This document shows positions 1-12,623 of a stretch of DNA of 64,000 nucleotides, piece by piece. A program made the translations under genes and the position numbers. The notes beneath the pieces were generated by a model. The model searched no databases. It saw nothing but the letters and a program-made list of their open reading frames with translations, and had not been told where the DNA came from. The stretch spans positions 63,968 to 127,967 of the forward strand of contig NW_027192227.1 of assembly GCF_041956535.1 (NCBI RefSeq), in the 5' to 3' direction. Within the stretch, counting starts at the first letter, position 1; the number at the start of each line of letters is the position of its first letter. Origin of the DNA: Calcarisporiella thermophila CBS 279.70 (Eukaryota; Fungi; Calcarisporiellomycota).

Positions 1-1108
1 CTTTCCAGAATTGGATTTTGTAACCTTCTCTGATTATCTTGCGTATCCATAGAGGGGCGGGGATTCCTCGCCACGCGTTTCTGAATTTTCGCAAACGTCC
101 CCCGACCGGTACGCGTGGCTCTACCTGTCGTGGGCTTGCGTCGGAAGCTAAACATTGGACGGGGAGGGCTGTTTTGCCCCGCCCGTCTTTTTCCAGTTTT
201 TTGCTCTGTTCGACGAAGTGACTTGTGGTTGCTGTGCCGGGATTTGTGGTGGCTCCTCCTGGCGCGAGGTTTTTCGCCTCCTCTGTGAGCGATTCCGTTC
301 CTTTTTATGCGCTGCTAAATCTTCGCGCAATTCTCTCTCGTCGATGACGAAACTTCTCCCCAATCTTTCGTGCAGTACAGCAGTAGGAATATCTGCTGCT
401 TTGTATGCCTCATGGTGACGCGTTATTGTGATGTGCGATGCCAGGCTGAAGACTAAATCGCGCGCGTCCGACGCTCTTTGGAGTAGCCGATCGGTTACTT
501 CCTCACCCAGTGCGTTCCTTAGTCGAAGAATATCTCCTAACAGGATATCCAAGGGCCTGGAGATTAACATAACCTCCTTCGAGATTTCCGCCAGGTTCGC
601 GTCGTGTCTTCTGGCGGTGTTGCCCATGAATGGCCAGATCGACGGGTTCATCAGAGGTGCGTCATACTTGAGGTCTGATCGGGGGGGACTGCTGTCCCAT
701 ATTATTTGCCGCTCCTCAGACGTGAGGATGGACTCCGGTGCGAATGGTGTTTTGAGCCCAATCGCGTCCGCTATATCGTCCGCTGGCGTCCACTGATGCC
801 TCTCGCGAATAGGCACTGGAGAGAGTAGTGCCAAGAGAGATCCTTCAGTATTCGCGTGCTGATTTGTTGCTTGCGTGGACGAGGGCTCCATTTCTCAAAC
901 GGAAGTATGCCAGCTCAAAAAACGGCCAAGGAGTTGCACTTGGGAAACGACGGCTTTTTATACTCTTGATTTATTCTCAGATTTTTTCTTTATTTTTCTC
1001 TAAATTTCTTTAATTTTCTATGCAAAATTCTCTGGAAGTAGCTCATTTGTCCAATAAAACGGCCTCATCATCGTGAAGCATGGACTGCTGACGTAGTCCG
1101 CATTCTAT
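1..1108 (-). mobile_element. DIRS1-like tyrosine-recombinase retrotransposon, 5' part (left ITR, gag, start of pol); runs off the window start
   Basis: 1033-1108 matches the terminal repeats of the DIRS element at 19822-22986. The minus strand of 1-150 encodes VGGRLRKFRNAW..W..I.EGYKIQFW, the typical DIRS RT N-terminus. Confidence 0.88.
148..891 (-). CDS. DIRS gag-like ORF1 (247 aa)
   Basis: Open ORF upstream of, and abutting, the pol frame. Homologous to degenerate gag at ~19900-20637 (NLAEISKEVMLISRPLD vs NLAELSKEVILITRPLD; KNWKKTGGA vs KNWKMTGGA). Confidence 0.8.
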   Translation of the reverse strand: MEPSSTQATNQHANTEGSLLALLSPVPIRERHQWTPADDIADAIGLKTPFAPESILTSEERQIIWDSSPPRSDLKYDAPLMNPSIWPFMGNTARRHDANLAEISKEVMLISRPLDILLGDILRLRNALGEEVTDRLLQRASDARDLVFSLASHITITRHHEAYKAADIPTAVLHERLGRSFVIDERELREDLAAHKKERNRSQRRRKTSRQEEPPQIPAQQPQVTSSNRAKNWKKTGGAKQPSPSNV

Positions 1109-1159
1109 TAGATATTAAGAACAATGAATTGCTATTACTCTTTTACTGAAAATTTCTTG

Positions 1160-1311
1160 ATGAAAGATTGTGAGATACCGGAAGCAAGATAAAATTATTT
1201 TTCCTTCATCTTTTGATATCATTTTAAAATACGACTAAAGAATCTACCATGTTGGTTGATTATCCTGGAATTTACTGCGAGCTAGTGAAACAACAGAATT
1301 TCAAATATCAG
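1160..1311 (+). pseudogene. Relic of the last two exons of the ABCB transporter
   Basis: ATGAAAGATTGTGAGATA..GAAGCA and TATCCTGGAATTTACTGCGAGCTAGTGAAACAACAGAAT match the 3' exons of the intact copies (16841-17007). Confidence 0.8.
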
Positions 1312-1852
1312 AGATCTAATATACTGTGGTGAATAACTCACGATTCATTATGATAAGATAGTTTAAATAACAAAAAATAAGCAACCTTCAATAAATTATA
1401 TAGGAAATCTGTCAAAGCTCTTTTTGGCAGACAATATATATAAAATTGACAATGGGCAATAAAACAAACGAGTTATGTAATCAAAGTAAAAGTTAGTAAA
1501 TCAAATACAAATACCATGTCCATCGAACCTGTTAGAAAATACCAAGCTTTCAATGTTCTCGCTAAGAGAGAAATATTGCTTGAGTAGTTCGTTTTGATAC
1601 TTTTTCGTATATTGTAAACACCCCCTAGTATGCTTGTCAATCTTAACCAATTAAAATTTAAAATATATTCTTTCAAATATCATGCTCACATTGCAACTTA
1701 GCAAATATTAAATCCAATAAAGATGATTCTGTTCCCGTAACATTATGGTAATTACTGTAACTCTTGATTTCTATTTTAAATGATCCACAGCTATATTTGG
1801 AAGCGATTTTAAATATCATTGATCCTTCATTTCAACGGCAAACTTTTAAACC

Positions 1853-3658
1853 ATGTATACCCGCCAAATGCAAGCTGCATCAATGAATACCGTATGCTCT
1901 ACTTCTGCAAACAATACTGTAGATGAAACTGAAAACTGTCTGGAGGAGCATGCTAACCTTAGTGATATACACTTGCCTTCGGATGCTTTGTACTTCCAGC
2001 TAAAACTGAATTCATTTACTGATCTACATAATCTTCTCAGCGCTCAGTATCTTATTGATGGCATCTTACTACCAGAAAACATCGCTCACCCTCAGATGTA
2101 CACAGATACTACCAATAGAGAGCATACAGGTTATTGCTCTTACTTCAAGATCCTATCTTTCCCAAAACCAATTGATGACAAAATCATCAAGTGGTCGACA
2201 AGATCTAATATTACTAGAGAGAAGCTGCTCATCGATCGACTTTTTCATGTCTATCTCAGTGCTTGCTGTGTAGGCTCTTTACACCCAGACCGTGAAGCAT
2301 TTCTTGAAAGTTATTTTTGCTGCGAACTCGAGCCTGCACTTGTCCACACTTCCATCGCAAATGCAGCTATTCATTTAATAATTAATCATCCAGAGACACC
2401 AATTAGCAGTAAGCTCCACGTAGCTGTAGGAAGTCTGATTGCGCAGGCAAAACAGTCATTGGCAGACGTATTTGATGCTCCATCTCCACAGATTGTTCTT
2501 GCTTTTATAAATATGAATTATTGTCTGACATACCTATCACTTTATAAGGACGCATACAAATTCTACTCACAGGCCGCACAGATGGCACTCTCTCTCCATA
2601 TGGACAAAAACGGTGCCACAGAGAAGTATTCTGCGCAGTTGGAGTTTCAAAGAAGAATCTGGTAAAAATAGCTATTTTCATTCAATTTATATTTTATTTA
2701 AATTGATTTCAAGTAAATCGAATATTTCTCAGGGCTATCATTTGCACACGTGAACTGGAATATGTATTTGAGTTTGGCATGCCGTCGCTAATAAGCATGG
2801 ATGTTATTAAATCATCTCCCAAGCCGACGGTGACAATGAAAGATAGCGAGCGATTCAAGTTTACAACGGTAATAAAATATATTAATTAATGGTAGTTCAA
2901 CTTATCTATTTAGCTAATTAAATATATCAGATATACCTTCTACTGCAGATTACCACATTTTCTAAACTCTTGGAACTACAGAACATTGATTGGGCACTTC
3001 CCGATGTGATTATCACGCAAAAATTGGCTGGACTTGCTGCATATTTGCAAAATGAGCGAACCGAATTAATTCAATATTGCAGTGAAGGTGACCTAAGAAA
3101 GATCCACTCTTATACAGTAGATTTCGATTTCTGGTTTCGATGGTGTGCTCTTTGGCGACAATTTATCAAGTCAGATGCACCCGCCGGGAGATTGGAGACG
3201 AATTTGATGCAACAATTGCGTGACAAGGCATTCCGCGAGTATGTCAAGGTAATTCATAATAGTATTCTTAGAACTCTAGAAATTCTGCATACTCGTTGAA
3301 TGGCTCTATAACCTTTCTCCACCTCATTATGCAGGGGTTATTCCATTGCATAATGTTCTTTAGGGTGGCGATTAATTCCCAAATTAGATGCAAATCGGAA
3401 ATTCTTTTAGTAGCACATATTATTTGTGAAGATGTTAATTTCATTGCTCAAATGCATCCCAGTGTTCGGATAGGACGCAAATTATTCCAGGAGCTTATTA
3501 AAATACTAAATATCCTGCAATCGCCTGAAATTAGAGGTATTTTACCGCAACTACTCACACATCAATTCATGGATGTATTAGAATTGATGAAGCCAACAGT
3601 GTTTTCAAAGGGGGTTTTAGAACGTACATTCGTAAAACCGTATCGGACTAAAAATTAG
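1853..3658 (+). CDS. Fungal transcription-factor MHR (Fungal_trans-like) protein without Zn cluster, copy 1 (4 exons: 1853-2661, 2733-2868, 2931-3248, 3335-3658)
   Basis: MHR-type motifs H..R..FL, L....A.AA, AAQMALSLHM.KD...EFQRRIW. Three GT-AG introns join into an open frame of ~528 aa. Confidence 0.85.
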
Positions 3659-3974
3659 AGATTGAGAAATGCATATTAGAGTGGTTAGGTTATGTAAATT
3701 ATTACATTGTATTACTTTAAAACGGTGAAAAATGGTTTGGTTTACATTTTAGATTACTGAGAAAATGTATCCTATGAGCTGGGAACTTTTTTACAATACA
3801 ATTAATGAAAAGAGCTCAGAGCTTGTATATGATTTGGCGTCCATTTGATTTTATTCGATAACCTTTTCATATATGCGAACACTGAGTAGATGCTGTACTT
3901 ACGCAAGAAAAAGAGGATGCGTAAAGCGGCGAACTGATCGAGAGAGTTCCATTACCTATGTTAGTTCAAACTTG

Positions 3975-4360
3975 CAGTAATCCTGAAACCTTATTATTGA
4001 AAGAAGCCACCAGTTCAATGGCGTAAGAGGCACTAGATAGCACAATGATGGGGCGTTCGACTCTTGTCATTGCTCATCGATTATCTACCGTGCAAGTTTC
4101 GGATCTTATCAGTGGGCGTTTTCATACTTTCAATGTTGAGTAAATGTCACTAATCCTTATAATATTAGTTGTAAGGAAAGTTGGTGAAATATGGGAAGCA
4201 GAGTAGGATAACTTTATAAAATTACCAAGAGATAGTTAAGCAAATTTACTCTCTTGATTTCAAAATTAAGCTATAATTATTTAGAGAGCATGCCAAAATT
4301 GTTGCATATCCTGGAATAATATATCAGGAACTAACGAAACAACAGAATCACAAATATTAA
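3975..4360 (+). pseudogene. Degraded C-terminal (NBD2) relic of the ABCB transporter
   Basis: Translates as [34 protein letters not shown] with deletions, followed by remnants of the last exons. Confidence 0.85.
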
Positions 4361-4377
4361 AAATCCATTAGCCTGTA

Positions 4378-5993
4378 CAAGTAGGGAAAAATGTGACAGC
4401 GTGTTTTAACAATTTTCCTTTGAATGCTCATATCTCCTGAATGGATGGAATATTATAACAGCGGCTTTATTATTAAACACTGTTGGATCTACACTATGTG
4501 CTGTTCCAACCGCTACCCCGGTTATAAATGCATTTCTGGTAAAACTAGGATATCATTGAATAGCACCCCGAATTTATGGGAAATTGATATCTTTATAAAT
4601 GCCGATGTGTGCCAAAGATACCCAAATACTTTTATATTTTCTCCACCATCCAATCTAAATATTTTTTATTTGCAACGGTGATGCTATTATTTTTTAGCAA
4701 TATCTTACACCTATGAAGCCAACTCGTAAAAAGATTCGAGAACGTGTGCTTGAACTTTCAAGAAAGGGAGAGTCCACACGTAAGGTTGCAGCACGAATAG
4801 GAATAAGCCATGAAACTGCCAGAAAGATCATCAAGGAATGGAGCACCCCGAAATATCCTCCTATGAAGCCAAAATATGGTCGTCCACGTAGTCTAAGTGA
4901 ATCAGGTGAGAAATATATCGCTAAGAAGGCGGCAACCGGAGAGTGTTCTAATCTTGCCGACTTGCAGCAAGTTATCAAAGAAGAGCTCAATAAGAGCGTA
5001 ACAAACAAAACTGTAAAAATGATGCTCAGACGTCACGAAGTAAAGCCTCGATCAAAGCCTAGGAAGCCTTTCCTGCTCCCGCGCCATTTTAAAACTCGAT
5101 TCAAATTCACAGCTCAACTTGTTAGATGGGATTTTCAGACCATTGAAACCATAATATTCTCGGATGAAACCATTGTACCCTTTTTACAGACCACGGGAAA
5201 TGAATACACATACGTAAAGAAAGGGCAGCCTCTGCGTGAGTGCAATATTATTCCAACCACGAAACAGGGAAAAGAGGCAATCATGGTATGGGGCTGCATT
5301 ACTTCGCAAGGAGTTGGACTTCTACTTCGCGTGGAAGGCGGAATAAATGCTAGGATGTATCAGATCATTTTAGATGAGGGTTTTCTTGGAACACTCGAGC
5401 GGTACGGGATAGACAAGGACAAGTTCGTGTTCCAACATGATAACGCCCCCCCTCATATCGCCAAGTCAACTCAAGCGTGACTGCGAGATCGCAATATAAA
5501 GGTCTTAGAATGGCCTGCTCAATCACCAGATTTGAATCCCATAGAAAACGCGTGGGGCCTCTTGAAGAGGAGGCTTCAAGATTATCCTACTCGGCCAAAG
5601 GATAGGGAAGAGCTCTGGGAACGAATCAAATACACGTGGGAGAATATAGAAAAGACTTATATTGATAACCTATACGAGAGTATGTTGAGGAGATTCCGAG
5701 CTGTTTTTAAAGCTAGAGGAGGATATACGAAGTATTACAATATTTTTGTGAAATAACGATAATAAATATGTCTTCAATTTTATCATGAAGGCCATTTTTC
5801 CCGAGCATCTATATTAATACCCATGGTATTTTAGAAAATGCATTTATAACCGGGGTAGCGGTTGGAACAGCACATAGTGTAGATCCAACAGTGTTTAATA
5901 ATAAAGCCGCTGTTATAATCTTCCATCCATTCAGGAGATATGAGCATTCAAAGGAAAATTGTTAAAACACACCGTCACATTTTTCCCTACTTG
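4378..5993 (+). mobile_element. Tc1/mariner (DD34E) DNA transposon with ~160-bp TIRs and TA target duplication
   Basis: TA|CAAGTAGGGAAAAATGTGAC...GTCACATTTTTCCCTACTTG|TA. TIRs ~4378-4535 and ~5836-5993 are nearly identical. Confidence 0.96.
4713..5756 (+). pseudogene. Tc1 transposase with one in-frame nonsense codon (TGA at 5478-5480)
   Basis: HTH, GRPR, FSDE, VWGC, FQHDNAPPH, WPAQSPDLNPIENAW. 34 residues separate the second D and the E. The stop falls at the usual Trp position. Confidence 0.93.
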
Positions 5994-6874
5994 TAGTCAC
6001 CAACCCATACTTCACGATGATATAGTGGCTTAATTACACAAAATGAATGGGCAACTTCCAATATATTATATATGGAATCTGTTAAAGCTCTCTTAGGCAG
6101 ACATTTTATATATAATAAATTGACAATGAACAATAAACCAAGTATAAGAATTATATAGTCAAAAAGAAATTATTAGTATAAGTTGATAATAAATATCATG
6201 CCGGATTTTATATGCTCTCGATTGGAGCAATATGTCTCGAGTAGCTTGTCTCCCTACACCTGTTACCATTAGGTATATTATTATTTACTTGCTGCCAATC
6301 TTATCGTAACTAATCACTCCGTTGGCAAGAAGACAATACAATCATTTAAAAAACTTTTGTTTGATTTTTAATAATAACACAAAAACAACAAAATAAACAG
6401 AGCTTTTTCACCCTAGTAAAACCAGCAGTTCGGAGTGGAATGATATTTGTTGGGTTACATAGGAATAGAATTCAAAACCACTCAAGATGTATGCTTCCAA
6501 AAATCAAACTCATTATGCAACCTATCAAAATATACGGCAGAAAACTGTTTGAAATCTTATACCATGTGATAAGTATAGGATAGTCTTTACGTGACACAAA
6601 GGGGATATTTTTTCTATGATCTATAGTTGCATTTGTTGCTTCTCACCAATAACTTCTACCGCAACCTCAACACAACAACCAGATTGAGCTTGTGTGTAGT
6701 AGTCAATCTTTTATGCAGATATGATATCAGATCCTGATAGTTTTGTTATGGTGAATGTCGGGGTTTTAAATTTAGCGCTCGGCTCTTGGTTTCTACTTCA
6801 ACGAGCCACAACTTCATTCGGAAGCAAATCCAGGTATCCTCGCTTCCTTTATTCCAAGTGCAATGTTTTCTACA

Positions 6875-8882
6875 ATGCATATCCGCCAATTGCTAGATGC
6901 TCCAGTCAATCACGTATACTCTACTTCTTTGAATGACACTGCAGATGAAACAGAGGCCAATTTGAAGAAATGTGCTAATCTTTGTGATATACACTTGNNN
7001 NNNNNNNNNNNNNNNNNNNNNNNNNNNNNNNNNNNNNNNNNNNNNNNNNNNNNNNNNNNNNNNNNNNNNNNNNNNNNNNNNNNNNNNNNNNNNNNNNNNN
7101 NNNNNNNNNNNNNNNNNNNNNNNNNNNNNNNNNNNNNNNNNNNNNNNNNNNNNNNNNNNNNNNNNNNNNNNNNNNNNNNNNNNNNNNNNNNNNNNNNNNN
7201 NNNNNNNNNNNNNNNNNNNNNNNNNNNNNNNNNNNNNNNNNNNNNNNNNNNNNNNNNNNNNNNNNNNNNNNNNNNNNNNNNNNNNNNNNNNNNNNNNNNN
7301 NNNNNNNNNNNNNNNNNNNNNNNNNNNNNNNNNNNNNNNNNNNNNNNNNNNNNNNNNNNNNNNNNNNNNNNNNNNNNNNNNNNNNNNNNNNNNNNNNNNN
7401 NNNNNNNNNNNNNNNNNNNNNNNNNNNNNNNNNNNNNNNNNNNNNNNNNNNNNNNNNNNNNNNNNNNNNNNNNNNNNNNNNNNNNNNNNNNNNNNNNNNN
7501 NNNNNNNAATGTATATTTGAGTGCTTGCTGTTTAGACTCTTTGCACCCAGACCGCGAAGCTTTTCTTGAGAGTTACTATTGCAGCCAACTCGAGCCTGCA
7601 CTCATTCACACTGCCATCGCATGTGCAGCTATCCACTTATTGATATCACATCCAGAGTCACCTATTATGAGCAAGCTTCATATGACTGTAGGGAGTCTGA
7701 TTGCACAGGCAAGACAGTCATTGGCAGACGTATTTGATATTCCATCACCACAGATTGTTCTTGCCTTTTTAAATATGGATACATGTCTGCAATACGTATC
7801 TCATTATAAGGACGCGTACACATTTTACCCTCAGGCCGTACAGATGGCATTTTCTCTCCGGATGTACAAGGACGATGCTACAGAGAAGGATCCTGTACAG
7901 ATAGAATTTCGAAGAAGAATCTGGTAAAAACATGCAATTAATTCCTATCCCTGTTACGCATATTCATTGATATTATGTAACTTGAATGTTCCTAAGGGCT
8001 GATATTTGCGTCCGCGAATTGAACTATGTTTTTGAACGCAACAAACCACTTCTAATAAGCATGAATATTATCAAATCGTCTCCTAAGCCGACGGTGACGG
8101 CGAGGGACAGTGAGTCGTATAAAATTGCAACAGTAATTAGATAAAACTACATTAAATAATTCATTTTATCAAGCTAACTAACTAGGTATTTCAGATATAT
8201 TTCTTACTGAAGATTACCACATTTTCTAGACTTTTAAAGCTACAAGACATTGATTGGACACTTCCCGATGTAATCATCGTGCAAAAGCTGGCTGGCCTTA
8301 CAGCATATTTGCAACATGAATATACCGAGGAAATCCAATACTGCAGCAAAGGCAACTTGCTAAACCTTTTTCCACTTGTGTTAAATTTCAATTTTTGGTC
8401 ATATTGGTGTTCCCTTTGGCGACAATTTATCAAGTCAGACGCACCTGCTGGAAGATTGGAGACAAATATGATGCGGCAGTTGCGAGAAAAGGCATTTGAC
8501 GAGTATGTCAAGGTAATGGTCTTTTTAAATTTCCGTCCATTTGTTGATTGGCATTATGCCATATCTGTACTTTATTAAACAGGGTTTAATCCATTGCATA
8601 AGTTTCTTTAAGTGGGTCATGAACTCTCAGGTCAGATGCAAATACAAAGTTCTCTTAGGAGCAAGTATTGTTTGCGATAATGTTAAATTTATTGCCCGTA
8701 TGCATCCCAAAGTTCGGATTCGACTCAAAATATTCCAGGAGCTTATTAAAATATTAAATATTCTGCAATCTCCGGAAATTAAAGGAATTTTAGCACAATT
8801 GCTCACTCGTCAATTCATGGATATATTAGACGAGATAAAACCAGCGATTTTTTCAAGGGAGGTGCTGGAACATATTGCCTAA
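6875..8882 (+). CDS. Zn-cluster-less MHR protein, copy 2 (exon 1 spans an assembly gap; alternative in-frame ATG at 6863)
   Basis: Paralog of copy 1 with the same three introns; N gap at 6998-7507. Confidence 0.75.
6998..7507. other. Assembly gap
   Basis: Run of N. Confidence 1.
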
Positions 8883-9449
8883 ATGCAAAGCAGAAATATT
8901 TCAGAAATTGGAAAAAGGCAAATTGGAGCGGTTAGATTATACTGTATTTTATTGTATTATTTAAATTTGAATTGGTAATTATGGTTGTGCACTTTATGGA
9001 ATTGTTTACCGGAGCAATGTATTCTACGAACAGAGAATCGATGTTTTCTGATAATTTTGGTGAAAATGGTCCCGAAGATTGTATACTATATACCCTCTTT
9101 AAAAAGATGTCTCAGTAGTAATTTTTACATTAACTCGAAATTTTTTAAAAAACAATTCCAGTATAATCAATCAACATTTGATATATAGCTGCAATAGAGT
9201 AAGCCATTCAATCCATATCTTTCTGAGCGTGAAGGTTGGCTTGTTGGCATTCCGTAACAGTTTCGATCATAATGATATTTATTTTCCCCTATGTCTTAAT
9301 GAATCTGATCATCTGTATTGACTATTTAGTTCTTATGTTATTTAATATATTTTCATTCAATATAAAATAAACAATACAGGCATATTCCTGATCCTTAAAT
9401 ACCGCCTGTTTGTCATTTTTCAACGAACTTTTCATGATGCCTCATTGAT

Positions 9450-12040
9450 TGTGACCCTGGAATTTTCAATGGAATTATCAACACTTAAAAAATACAGACA
9501 ACCTGATTCCTACCCTGGTTTTGGAAACATTGCAGCTCCCGTGTGGTGTTGCTATTAAACCACTACCTCCACCTTTCGGCGTTGTTGCTTCTCTGCAATA
9601 AGCATCCTTGCTGTATACGGAAAATGGGGATTGCACACATCAATTTTTGTCTCTAGCTGCGTATGATTCTAAGTCCCTTGAGTGCTGACACGCTAAAGCA
9701 CGCGGGTACCTAACAGGATATGGAGTGCTGCCCAAGGAGAGCTCAACTTTTGAGCAAGTCGTTCTGCCTCACGATTTACCATGGAGCCTTCAATCTGATT
9801 ATGAATCCAAGATTAAAACCGGAGTTTCAATTCTAGCGCCAGTTTTGGTAAGAATTACGCTGCTTAAACTATCTACTTGCCACTCAAAACCACCAAAAAT
9901 CCCTGTAAAAAAGGCGAGACCTTCTTTTCTTAGGGTGCTTGACCAACACACGTCGAAAATATGGCATCCACCTAGAACCAAACCGTCTAACAGAAGTGCC
10001 GGTCGCTGTACAAGCTGCGCACACTGTCGCCAAGGCCAGAAATTCAGCTGCTTATGTGCCTGTCGGAAATGTTTGCAGGAGCCGAGTTTACCTAAACTGA
10101 ATGGAGTTCTTGCCGTTGCTCACTCATTCCCGCGTTCTGTTGAACTGTTGATTCAGCGTAAAGATATGAGAGCACAGAAGTACTGGGCGAGAAGCGCTAT
10201 AAACCTTTTTGAGGCGATTATCCTCTCTCTTGCCACCCTATTCTTGAAGTAGTATGTCTTGTCTATTCCAAACTCATTGCACTTTATCATCCAGTCTCTG
10301 TCTATGGATAGCCACCCTGGAAGAGAAAACTTGGGTTGTCTCAATGTATAATACTAATCGCTGTAATAGTTATGACAATTTTTCGCCTTTGCAACCTACT
10401 TACCCATTTTTGTAAGAGATTCCGAAAACACTTAGAATCGCTAAGCCGCCAACAATTTGTTCAAAATAACGGTGCAGAGATGAGTAGTAGGTTTACGTTA
10501 TTGATGTTTGGCTCTGTACCTATCCTTGTTCTTCCTGATATCACTCAGCATTCTGTTTTTACTTCGATGCAAGCGCTGTCGGACACAAGGCTGTACTTAC
10601 GTGAGAACGAGAGGATGGGGTAAGTAGAGAGCTGTCAGAGACGATTTTCATCGTCAATACTTATCTGCCGAGTAGATTCTTCAGCAACTAAACTGGAATG
10701 TCTAGTCGAAGTATGATCACCCTTCCATCTTGACGCCAAATCCAAAGCTCCAAGCTCCAGCTTATTGCCGACCACATTGCCCCCGTTGGAACATAGTTTA
10801 TCAAGGACCAAATGCCAAATTTCTTCGTCATCCAGTTCACTTACCACTTTACGGCAATATAATGACTATAATCTCCCTGATAGATCCCATGCCAACGTAG
10901 ATTCATTAAGAGAGGATTTTTTTCCACAGGTAATCGCTGTTTCAACTCGCAACGTCGCACGACAATGTTGGCAAGTACCATGCTAATTACATTCGCGATC
11001 AAAAATTTGCATAGATAATCAGCATTCAAACACTAGAATCAAGGTCCGGAATCCTTATGACGAATCCAAAGCTAATACATTCTTTACGATCGATGGACTT
11101 TTATTCCAGAGGAGTTCAGACGAGAATTGCCAGGATCAATTATGCATCCCTGATCATGCGAATTTTATGCACTCACTACTCCAAGTGAAGCACAACGTTC
11201 CCAGTTCGGTCTACTCTGAATGGAGCAAAGCGTTAGATTTGTTACATCGATAATACTATTGGCCCAAAATGGCAGTTGTTCGGTATCATGTATCTAGTCG
11301 CGCTCCTGGTTAAGGCAATATTTAACATCATCCGGTAACGTTTGAGGTTGGAGGTCTTGTGATGCTTTTTGCCGAGATCCTTAATCACCTGTGCTCATCG
11401 ACAAATCTACAAAGAAATTTTTACCTTTGTGTATTGGGCTGCTTATGGTCCAAAAAAGGGTGAGCTCGCAGCCATGAAACATTTCGAGTTCACACGATGG
11501 AAATCGTTTCTCGATCGAACCCTTTTGAGGATACTCCAATCGAACTCAGGGCATGCGAGCTACATTTTTTTCCCATTTTCTGTGAAAATACTGGAGTCCC
11601 AGGATATGAGGTTGAAGATATACTTCGAATGTACGGGCACAGAAAAAGGAGTACTTGGTCTATTGGTGATGATAGCTTGGGGGAAAAGTGTGAACCACTG
11701 GAACATCTTTGCGATACTACACACGTCTCTCGACTATTCAAAGCCATACCGTCGTCTCAATTGGCAATATATCTGATTTCAAAGTGAGGACGGTGTAGCG
11801 AGACGAGTTATCTCCCTGATATGAGATAACGTTTTTTGTTATCATTTTGTTATATTTTACTATTATTTTTTGTGTGAATTAACTTAAAAGATGTATATTG
11901 AGTTTGTTCTTGGAAAGTACCCACGCTGGGTCATATATCCCAATCATATATAAAGCTACAGCTACTTTATATTATCGCTCCACTCCTATTTATTTTTCCT
12001 ATTAGGTTCGCTCTCTGCCTGCCTGTCGAACCGTTACGCT
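9450..12040 (+). mobile_element. Highly degenerate Ty3/gypsy chromovirus relic with 3' LTR (~11794-12040)
   Basis: RNase H remnants (DASAVG..AVL, ATKLECL, LIADH), integrase zinc region (LCIPDH..YYWPKM), chromodomain (YEVEDIL..EPLEHL), and a purine-rich tract followed by TGTAGCG at 11794. The 5' boundary is approximate. Confidence 0.8.
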
Positions 12041-12623
12041 TTAGCTCCGTGGGGTTCCTTGTATTTAAATGTATTGGCTACCATCATTCTAGTGCCATGT
12101 GAATAATCTTAACGCAAAAATTGACTCTACTCAACGGAGCCTCAGAATAAACTTTTTCGATGATACAAATAATAATTTCTAAAAGTGATTTATTCTTTTT
12201 GTCGCACATCTTATTTTACGCTCTTAGTTGAAAATTTAAACTTTCTAACAAGATGTATTGTATATACCATAATATGGTTACGTATATAGGTTTTTGCCAG
12301 ATGCCTGTAATGTAAACAAAGATACTGCATATTCAATTGTTAATAGAGTGACGGATGCTATGCTTGATGGGAATGAGGTGGCTTTGATATACCACTCTTA
12401 CTGTCAAAGCAATAAAAATGCTAACCTTAAACTCTCTTTGAGCTAGTTACACATTAATTTTGGTTTAGAATAATTTTTGAGTTGTAAGCTAGAGAATATT
12501 TAAAGGACCTTTTCGAGGGCGATACGTGTGCATATAATATTCTAATTTCGAACGTACTTCATTGTGATATTGAAATTCAATAATCCGATCCATATATAAG
12601 AACATCTTATTTAATTAATATAT

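Noticed and set aside
5478-5480. TGA at a conserved Trp position suggesting an alternative genetic code or read-through
   Set aside because: Single instance; Trp is TGG throughout the host genes. A simple nonsense mutation is more likely.
6972-7601. Long ORFs at 6972-7520, 6975-7601 and 53487-53978
   Set aside because: Artefacts of translating N runs.
9725-10252. 175-aa ORF with Cys-rich stretch (CTSCAHC...CLCACRKC) as the missing Zn cluster
   Set aside because: It lies inside the degenerate gypsy pol region, the Cys spacing does not fit Zn2Cys6, and it is not conserved in other units.
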